Positions 57,636 through 64,000 of a stretch of 64,000 bases of DNA are shown here, piece after piece (the stretch's first letter is position 1; each line of letters starts with the position of its first letter). The position numbers and the translations under genes were made by a program. The DNA lies in NCBI GenBank assembly GCA_963713275.1, contig CAVQLG010000013.1, positions 38,639-102,638 of the forward strand, in the 5' to 3' direction. This DNA is from an uncultured beta proteobacterium (GTDB taxonomy: Bacteria > Pseudomonadota > Gammaproteobacteria > Burkholderiales > Casimicrobiaceae). Under the pieces are notes generated by a model. It was not told the DNA's origin, searched no databases, and was given only the letters and a program-made list of their open reading frames with translations.

Positions 57636-59996
57636 TTGTCAAAAACCAACCCGGATTCCACTCGCAACCGGCGCTCCGGCGCGCGCAGCGCGCCCGCCGC
57701 GGCGCCGCCCGCCCGGCGCTCTGCCGACGACGTACCGCGGCCGCCCGCCGCCGCGCCCGAACCGGCGCAGCCGCCCGGGCGTGCGCCCCGCCGCCGCGCG
57801 GACATCGACCCCGAGTTGCTTCCATCCCGCGCGGCGATCCTCGACGCCCTGCAGCAGGCCGCTGTCCCCCTGCCCCCCGAGGACCTCGCGCGCACGATGG
57901 CCGTCGACCGGCGCGTGCGCGAGGCGTTCCTCGGCCGCATCGCCGCGATGCAACGCGACGGCCAGCTGCTGATGAATCGCCGCGGCGAGCTGTGCGTCGT
58001 CGCCAAGCTCGACCTCGTCACCGGCGTGGTCCAGGGCCACCCCGACGGCTTCGGCTTCCTGTTGCCCGAGGACGGCGGCTCCGACGTGTTTCTCGGCCCG
58101 CGCGAGATGCACAAGGTGCTGCACGGCGACCGGGCCACCGTGCGCCGGACCGGCGTCGACCGCCGCGGTCGCCCCGAGGGCGAGATCGTCGACGTGCTCG
58201 AGCGCGGCAACCGCCGCGTCGTCGGCCGGCTCTACGAGGAGCACGGCATCGGCTTCGTCGTCGCCGAGAACCGTCGCATCAACCAGGACATCCTGGTGCC
58301 GCCGGGCGACCGGGGCGAGGCGCGGCCCGGCGACGTCGTCGTGGTGGAGATCGTCGAGCAGCCGTCATGGCAGCGCGAGGCGATCGCGCGCGTGACCGAG
58401 GTCCTCGGCCGCTACGCCGATCCCGGGATGGAGATCGAGATCGCGCTGCGCAAGCACGACCTGCCGCACGAGTTCTCGCTCGCGGCCCGCAAGGCGGCCG
58501 GCAAGCTGCCGCGCGCGGTGCGCGAGGAGGATCGCCGGGACCGGGTCGACCTCACCGCGCTGCCGCTTCTCACCATCGACGGCGAAGCGGCGCGCGATTT
58601 CGACGACGCCGTCTACTGCGAGCGCAAGGGCCGTGGCTACCGGCTGCTCGTCGCCATCGCGGACGTCTCGCACTACGTCCGCGACGGCGATCCGCTCGAC
58701 CGCGACGCGCGCGAACGCGGCACCTCCGTGTACTTCCCCCGGCGCGTGATCCCGATGCTGCCCGAGGCGCTGTCGAACGAGCTCTGCTCGCTCAAGCCCG
58801 ACGTCGACCGGCTGTGCGTGGTGTGCGAGATGGAGGTCACGGCGGAGGGGGAGATCCGCAAGCACCGCTTCTACCCGGCCGTGATGCGCTCGCGCGCGCG
58901 GCTCACCTACACCGAAGCGTGGACCTGGCTGTCGGACCCGACATCGGTGCCGGCCGGAATGCGCGAGCTCCTGCCGCACCTGAAGCATCTGCACGCGCTC
59001 TTCGGGGTGCTGCGCGACGCGCGCGAGAAGCGCGGGGCCATCGATTTCGACACCGTCGAGACGGAGCTCGAGTTCGACATCGAGGGCAAGATCGTGCGCG
59101 TCGTGCCGGTGGTGCGCAACGACGCGCACCGGCTGATCGAGGAGTGCATGCTGGCGGCCAACGTCTGCACGGCCGAGTTCCTCGCCGCGCACGGCCACCC
59201 CACGCTGTACCGCGTGCACGAGGGCCCGACGCCCGAGAAGCTCGGCGCGTTGCGCGACTTCCTCGCGGGCTGCGCGCTGTCGCTGCCCGGCGGCGACGAT
59301 CCCACCGCCGCCGACTACGCCGCGCTCCTGCTGCGGATCAAGGACCGGCCGGATTTCGCGCTGCTGCAGACCGTGCTGCTGCGCTCGCTGCAGCAGGCGC
59401 GCTACCGGCCCGACAACGTCGGCCACTTCGGCCTCTCCTACGCCGCGTACGCGCATTTCACGTCGCCGATCCGCCGCTACCCGGACCTGCTCGTGCACCG
59501 GGCGATCAAGGCGGTGCTGGCGAAGGGGCGCTACCAGCCAGCGGGCGGCTCGTGGGCCGAGCTCGGCGTGCACTGCTCGCTGACGGAACGTCGCGCCGAC
59601 GAGGCGACGCGGGACGTCACCAACTGGCTCAAGTGCTACTACATGCAGGACAAGGTCGGCGAGCGCTACGCCGGGACGATCAGCGGCGTGACCGGCTTCG
59701 GCCTGTTCGTCACGCTCGACGACCTCGCGATCGACGGCCTCGTGCACGTCACCGAGCTCGGGCGCGACTACTTCCACTTCGATGCCGGTCGGCACGCGAT
59801 GATCGGCGAGCACAGCGGGCGCGTCTTTCAGCTGGCGCAGCGCCTGCGCGTGCGCGTGGCCCGCGTCGACCTCGAGACGACCAGGATCGATTTCACGCTG
59901 GCCGACGACGACGCTGGCGGCGCGCCGGGGCGTCCGGTCGATCCGGAGCCGCCGGCGAGCGGGCGGTCCGCGCGTGCCGCGCGCAAGCAGCGCTGA
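57636..59996 (+). CDS. rnr: Ribonuclease R
   Basis: RNB catalytic domain (…TIDGEAARDFDDAVYCE…, …YFPRRVIPMLPE…), C-terminal S1 domain (…YAGTISGVTGFGLFVTLDD…) and a basic tail. The only in-frame start upstream of the conserved N-terminal HTH region is TTG 57636, so the start is uncertain. Confidence 0.88.
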   Translation: MSKTNPDSTRNRRSGARSAPAAAPPARRSADDVPRPPAAAPEPAQPPGRAPRRRADIDPELLPSRAAILDALQQAAVPLPPEDLARTMAVDRRVREAFLGRIAAMQRDGQLLMNRRGELCVVAKLDLVTGVVQGHPDGFGFLLPEDGGSDVFLGPREMHKVLHGDRATVRRTGVDRRGRPEGEIVDVLERGNRRVVGRLYEEHGIGFVVAENRRINQDILVPPGDRGEARPGDVVVVEIVEQPSWQREAIARVTEVLGRYADPGMEIEIALRKHDLPHEFSLAARKAAGKLPRAVREEDRRDRVDLTALPLLTIDGEAARDFDDAVYCERKGRGYRLLVAIADVSHYVRDGDPLDRDARERGTSVYFPRRVIPMLPEALSNELCSLKPDVDRLCVVCEMEVTAEGEIRKHRFYPAVMRSRARLTYTEAWTWLSDPTSVPAGMRELLPHLKHLHALFGVLRDAREKRGAIDFDTVETELEFDIEGKIVRVVPVVRNDAHRLIEECMLAANVCTAEFLAAHGHPTLYRVHEGPTPEKLGALRDFLAGCALSLPGGDDPTAADYAALLLRIKDRPDFALLQTVLLRSLQQARYRPDNVGHFGLSYAAYAHFTSPIRRYPDLLVHRAIKAVLAKGRYQPAGGSWAELGVHCSLTERRADEATRDVTNWLKCYYMQDKVGERYAGTISGVTGFGLFVTLDDLAIDGLVHVTELGRDYFHFDAGRHAMIGEHSGRVFQLAQRLRVRVARVDLETTRIDFTLADDDAGGAPGRPVDPEPPASGRSARAARKQR

Positions 59997-60189
59997 CGGG
60001 GCGTCGGCGCTCCGCCGCCCAGCCTCAGGAGGGTTGCCTCGCCCGGGTCTTTTCATCTGTAAAACAATGTATTGCCTCGTCGCTCGGCGGCCCTGTGCGG
60101 TGCAGCATGGGCCGCGCGGGCTGGTAGAATGCGTCCACAATCCCTTGCGCCCTCGCGCCGCCCACCGGCGGTGACGACCGATTCCCGGC

Positions 60190-61392
60190 ATGCACATCGG
60201 CACCCCGCTCACGTCCAACGCCACCCGAGTGATGCTGCTCGGCGCCGGCGAGCTCGGCAAGGAGATCACCATCGCGTTCCAGCGGCTGGGCGTCGAGGTC
60301 GTCGCCGTCGACCGCTACGCCAACGCCCCGGGGCACCAGGTCGCGCACCGTGCCCACGTCATCACCATGACCGACGCGGCCGCGCTCAAGCGGCTGATCA
60401 AGCAGGAGAGGCCGCAGATCATCGTGCCCGAGATCGAGGCCATCGCGACCGACGTGCTCGCGCTCGTCGAGCGCGACGGGCTCGCGCAGGTCATCCCCTG
60501 CGCCCGCGCCGTGCAGCTCACGATGAACCGGGAGGGCATCCGCCGGCTCGCGGCCGAGGAGCTCGGCCTGCCCACCTCGCCGTATCAGTTCGCCGACAGC
60601 CTCGCGGAGGTGGAGCAGGCGATCGAGGCGACCCGAGGCATCGGCTACCCCTGCCTCGTCAAGCCGGTCGTTTCCTCGTCCGGGAAGGGCCAGTCCCTGG
60701 TACGTTCCGCCGCCGACGTCGGGCAGGCGTGGCGGTACGCCGAGAGCGCGGCGCGCGTGCGTGGCAGCCGCGTCATCGTCGAGGGTTTCGTCGACTTCGA
60801 CTACGAGGTCACGCTGCTCACCGTGCGGGCGAGCGACGGCAAGGGCGGCATCGCGACGTCGTTCTGCGCGCCCGTGGGCCACGTGCAGGTCGGCGGCGAC
60901 TACGTCGAATCGTGGCAGCCGCAGCCGATGTCGCCGAAGGCGCAGAAGAAAGCGCACGACATCGCGAAGAAGATCACCGACAACCTCGGCGGGCGCGGCC
61001 TGTTCGGCGTCGAGCTCTTCGTCAAGGGCGACAAGGTCTGGTTCTCGGAGGTGAGCCCGCGCCCGCACGACACCGGCATGGTGACGCTGTGCACGCAGGC
61101 GCAGAATGAGTTCGAGCTCCACGTGCGCGCGATCCTCGGCCTGCCGGTCGACGTGTCGCTGCGCTCCCCCGGCGCGTCGGCCGTCGTCTACGGCGGTGTC
61201 GACGGCCGCGGCATCCGCTTCGATCGGGTCGACGAGGCGCTCGCGGTGCCGGAATCCGACCTGCGGCTGTTCGGCAAGCCGGACGCGTACAAGAAGCGGC
61301 GGATGGGCGTCGCGCTCGCCACGGGACCGGACGTCGAGACGGCCCGCAACCGCGCCGGCGAGTGCGCCGCGCGCGTCAAGCCGCTCGCCTGA
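60190..61392 (+). CDS. purT: Formate-dependent phosphoribosylglycinamide formyltransferase (GAR transformylase 2)
   Basis: …[31 protein letters not shown]…, ATP-grasp core, …[13 protein letters not shown]…. Confidence 0.95.
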   Translation: MHIGTPLTSNATRVMLLGAGELGKEITIAFQRLGVEVVAVDRYANAPGHQVAHRAHVITMTDAAALKRLIKQERPQIIVPEIEAIATDVLALVERDGLAQVIPCARAVQLTMNREGIRRLAAEELGLPTSPYQFADSLAEVEQAIEATRGIGYPCLVKPVVSSSGKGQSLVRSAADVGQAWRYAESAARVRGSRVIVEGFVDFDYEVTLLTVRASDGKGGIATSFCAPVGHVQVGGDYVESWQPQPMSPKAQKKAHDIAKKITDNLGGRGLFGVELFVKGDKVWFSEVSPRPHDTGMVTLCTQAQNEFELHVRAILGLPVDVSLRSPGASAVVYGGVDGRGIRFDRVDEALAVPESDLRLFGKPDAYKKRRMGVALATGPDVETARNRAGECAARVKPLA

Positions 61393-61437
61393 CGACGCCG
61401 CGGCTGCGCGGCGCGGGCTGCGGCCCGGCGCCGGAGG

Positions 61438-61632
61438 TCAGTCGGCCTCGTCGATCCAGGCCATCTGGATCGCCTCGAGGATCTTCTCGCCGCTTCGTTC
61501 CGGCGCGTCGGCGAAGCCGGGCAGCGCGCAGACCCAGGCGTGCAGGTCGGTGAAGCGCAGCGCAAGCGGGTCCACGCCGGGATGCGCCGCGGCCAGCGCG
61601 ATGGCGATCTCGCGGGTGTCGGTCCACTTCAT
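61438..61632 (-). CDS. iscX: Fe-S cluster assembly protein IscX
   Basis: MKWTDTREIAIALAAAHPGVDPLALRFTDLHAWVCALPGFADAP…ILEAIQMAWIDE. 64 aa. The ATG overlaps the fdx stop. Confidence 0.9.
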   Translation of the reverse strand: MKWTDTREIAIALAAAHPGVDPLALRFTDLHAWVCALPGFADAPERSGEKILEAIQMAWIDEAD

Positions 61633-61970
61633 CGCGCACCCTCCTTCGCGTAGTTGATCGTGTACCTGGGGATTTCCAGGACCAGCTTCTCGTCGGCGAC
61701 GCGCGCCTGGCACGACAGACGCGACACCGGCGTCAGGCCCCAGGCCCGGTCGAGCAGGTCGTCCTCCTGCTCGGTCGACGGCGAGAGCGAGGCAAACCCC
61801 TCGCGCACGATCACGTGGCAGGTCGTGCACGCGCAGGACTTCTCGCAGGCGTGCTCGATTTCGATCCCCTGTGCGAGCAGGCTGTCGCAGATCGAGACCC
61901 CGGGCGTCGCCTCGAAGCTGCGCCCCTCGGGACAGATCTCGACGTGCGGCAGGACGGTCACTTGCGGCAT
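61629..61970 (-). CDS. fdx: ISC-system [2Fe-2S] ferredoxin
   Basis: MPQVTVLPHVEICPEG…CEKSCACTTCHV…LSCQARV (adrenodoxin-type Cys pattern). Lies between hscA and iscX. Confidence 0.95.
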   Translation of the reverse strand: MPQVTVLPHVEICPEGRSFEATPGVSICDSLLAQGIEIEHACEKSCACTTCHVIVREGFASLSPSTEQEDDLLDRAWGLTPVSRLSCQARVADEKLVLEIPRYTINYAKEGAR

Positions 61971-61986
61971 GGTGGCTGGCGGGGCT

Positions 61987-63849
61987 TCACGTGAGCGTGT
62001 CGACTTGTCGTCCGGTCAGCGCGCGGGCGACGCTGCGGTTCATGCGCCGGGCAGCGAACTCGGCGGTGGCGCGGTTGAGCGCGTCGGTGGCCGCGGCCAG
62101 CGCCCGGGGATCGCTTCCTTCGCGACAGCGCGCAAGCGCCGCGAGGCAGGCGTCGATCGCGGCACGCTCGTCCCGCGCCAGCAGTTCGCCGTCGGCCTCG
62201 AGCGCGGCGCGCGTGACTGCGGCCAGCTGGTCGGCATCGACGCGGGCCTCGCCCAGCGCGCGTGCCGCCATGTCGTCGGCCGCGTGCAACTGCGAGTCCC
62301 GCAGCATGCGGGCGATGTCGCCGTCGGAGAGGCCGTACGAGGGCTTGACCGTGATCGCCGCCTCGAGTCCGGTGGTCTGCTCGCGTGCCGACACGGCGAG
62401 CAAGCCGTCGGCGTCGACCTGGAAGGTCACGCGAATCCGCGCCGCGCCGGCGGTCATCGGCGGAATCCCGCGCAGCTCGAAGCGTGCGAGCGAACGGCAG
62501 TCCTCGACGCGCTCCCGCTCGCCCTGCAGCACGTGGATCGCCATCGCCGTCTGCCCGTCCTTGTAGGTCGTGAACTCCTGCGCGCGGGTCACGGGGATGG
62601 TCGAGTTGCGGGGAATGATCTTCTCGACCAGCGAACCCATCGTCTCGAGCCCGAGCGACAACGGGATCACGTCGAGGAGCAGCCAGTCGTCGCCGGCGCG
62701 ACGGTTGCCGGCGAGGACGTTGGCCTGGATCGCGGCGCCGAGCGCGACCACCTGGTCGGGATCGAGATTGGTGAGCGGGGGCGCACCGAAGAAGTCGCCG
62801 ACGGCCTTCTGGATCTGTGGCATCCGCGTCGCCCCGCCGACCATCACGACCCCCTGGACGGCGCCGGGCGCGAGCCCCGCGTCGCGCAGCGCCCGGCGCA
62901 CCGGTGCCAGCGTCTTGGCCACCAGATTGCGCGTGATGTCGGTGAACGTCTCGGTGGTCAGCGTGAGATCGACCTTCTGTCCGCCCGCGAGCGTCGCCAC
63001 GATTGGCGCCGTACCGTGGATCGTGAGATTCTCCTTCGCCTCGCGCGCGCGTAGCATCAGCAGGCGCGTGTCCTCGGCCGCCAGCGGCGGGAGCCCGGCC
63101 GCCTCGATCGCCCAGCAATAGACGCGATGGTCGAAGTCGTCGCCGCCGAGCGCCGAGTCGCCGTTGGTCGCCAGCACCTCGAACACGCCGCGCGACAGCC
63201 TGAGGATCGAGATGTCGAACGTCCCGCCGCCCAGGTCGTAGACCGCGTAGGTGCCCCGCGCCGCATTGTCGAGGCCGTAGGCGATCGCCGCGGCCGTCGG
63301 CTCGTTGAGCAGGCGCAGCACGTCGAGGCCGGCCAGCCGCGCGGCGTCCTTGGTCGCCTGGCGCTGGGCGTCGTCGAAGTACGCCGGTACGGTGACCACC
63401 GCGCCGGTGAGCTTGCCGCCGAGCGCGGCCTCGGAGCGCTCCCGCAGCACGCGCAGGATCTCGGCAGAGACCTCGACCGGCGACTTGACGCCGCTGCGCG
63501 TGCCAAGGCGCACCATCCCGGGCTCGTCGATGAAGCGGTAGGGAAAGCGCCGCGCGTCCGTGAGATCGGCGAGCCCGCGACCCATCAACCGCTTCACCGA
63601 CACGATCGTGTTCTGCGGGTCGCGCGCCTGCTCGCGCTGCGCGTCCTGGCCGACGTGCACGCCGTCGGGCGCGTAGCGGACGATCGACGGCAGCAGGGGA
63701 CGCCCCATCGCGTCGGGCAGCACCACCGGAATGCCATTGCGGACCGTGGCGACCAGCGAGTTCGTGGTCCCGAGGTCGATGCCTACGGCCAGCCGCAGCT
63801 CGCGCGGCCGCGGCGAGGCATCGGGCTCGGAGATCTGCAGCAGAGCCAT
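61987..63849 (-). CDS. hscA: Fe-S protein assembly chaperone HscA (Hsp70 family)
   Basis: [10 protein letters not shown]…[13 protein letters not shown]…, [12 protein letters not shown], …[11 protein letters not shown]…. ATG 63849 chosen; the ORF is open to 63987. Confidence 0.95.
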   Translation of the reverse strand: MALLQISEPDASPRPRELRLAVGIDLGTTNSLVATVRNGIPVVLPDAMGRPLLPSIVRYAPDGVHVGQDAQREQARDPQNTIVSVKRLMGRGLADLTDARRFPYRFIDEPGMVRLGTRSGVKSPVEVSAEILRVLRERSEAALGGKLTGAVVTVPAYFDDAQRQATKDAARLAGLDVLRLLNEPTAAAIAYGLDNAARGTYAVYDLGGGTFDISILRLSRGVFEVLATNGDSALGGDDFDHRVYCWAIEAAGLPPLAAEDTRLLMLRAREAKENLTIHGTAPIVATLAGGQKVDLTLTTETFTDITRNLVAKTLAPVRRALRDAGLAPGAVQGVVMVGGATRMPQIQKAVGDFFGAPPLTNLDPDQVVALGAAIQANVLAGNRRAGDDWLLLDVIPLSLGLETMGSLVEKIIPRNSTIPVTRAQEFTTYKDGQTAMAIHVLQGERERVEDCRSLARFELRGIPPMTAGAARIRVTFQVDADGLLAVSAREQTTGLEAAITVKPSYGLSDGDIARMLRDSQLHAADDMAARALGEARVDADQLAAVTRAALEADGELLARDERAAIDACLAALARCREGSDPRALAAATDALNRATAEFAARRMNRSVARALTGRQVDTLT

Positions 63850-63901
63850 CAGCGTGCCATCCCGCCGGCGCTCCGGCGGCCCGCGCCGTGTTCGGTTCGC
63901 A

Positions 63902-64000
63902 TCACTCGTCCAGCGCCGCGACCATGGCGTCGATGTCGGCGTGAAGCTTGGTGAGGAAGCGCAGCTCGCGCACCGGCACCCGCGCATCGGCCAGGGCGTC
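63902..64000 (-). CDS. hscB: Co-chaperone HscB, 3' end only (cut by window edge)
   Basis: The reverse strand reads …[32 protein letters not shown]-stop (stop at 63902-63904). Its position upstream of hscA fits the isc operon. Confidence 0.7.
   Translation of the reverse strand, partial: DALADARVPVRELRFLTKLHADIDAMVAALDE

Noticed and set aside
57187-57640. tRNA-Leu as an integration hotspot or genomic-island border.
   Set aside because: There is no integrase, no direct repeat of the tRNA 3' end that I could find, and both flanks carry ordinary housekeeping genes (aminotransferase, rnr).

Overview
This is a very GC-rich 64 kb window that reads as core chromosome of a betaproteobacterium (Rhodocyclales/Burkholderiales-like gene order and Hfq/Der/HflKC sequences). 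I can support about 55 genes. No rRNA, CRISPR array, transposase, integrase, phage gene or recognisable defence or secretion system is visible, and I do not see a convincing new multi-gene system.

Gene content, in order:
- A 5'-truncated transglutaminase-like gene.
- The surE-pcm-nlpD operon.
- An iron-type ABC permease and, separately, an FbpA-like binding protein. They are split by a lower-GC secreted YVTN beta-propeller gene.
- ppc, pgi, mltB and pyrD.
- A DUF1631-cinA-maoC operon.
- hrpA, then an orphan family-5 solute-binding protein and a truncated tartrate/isopropylmalate dehydrogenase remnant.
- Small membrane-protein genes (ICMT-like, EamA, TauE).
- accA-tilS and a TRAP dctPQM transporter.
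- The long conserved backbone ndk-rlmN-pilW-rodZ-ispG-hisS-yfgM-bamB, a 3-gene insertion, then der-hfq-hflX-hflK-hflC-DUF2065-hisZ-purA.
- A phosphoribosyltransferase, an Ala/Lys-repeat histone-H1-like protein, an aminotransferase, tRNA-Leu(CAG), rnr and purT.
- The tail of the isc cluster (iscX-fdx-hscA-hscB').

What is unusual:
1. Eight otherwise well-conserved genes (pgi, DUF1631, hrpA, the SBP, the ICMT-like gene, tilS, dctM and a bicupin gene) are each broken by what looks like one extra nucleotide. The shift is always in the +1 direction and never in a homopolymer. One further gene is truncated. The cause is either insertion-type assembly errors or real gene decay, and the sequence alone cannot distinguish them.
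2. A three-gene accessory insertion (DUF3750, alpha/beta-hydrolase, bicupin) sits between bamB and der.
3. The beta-propeller gene is compositionally atypical and carries a Cys-containing repeat tail.
4. A perfect 20-bp inverted repeat overlaps the hisS stop codon.
5. RlmN carries an in-frame insertion of about 50 aa just before its radical-SAM cysteine motif.

Many very long alternative-frame ORFs in the six-frame track are high-GC artefacts and are not annotated.
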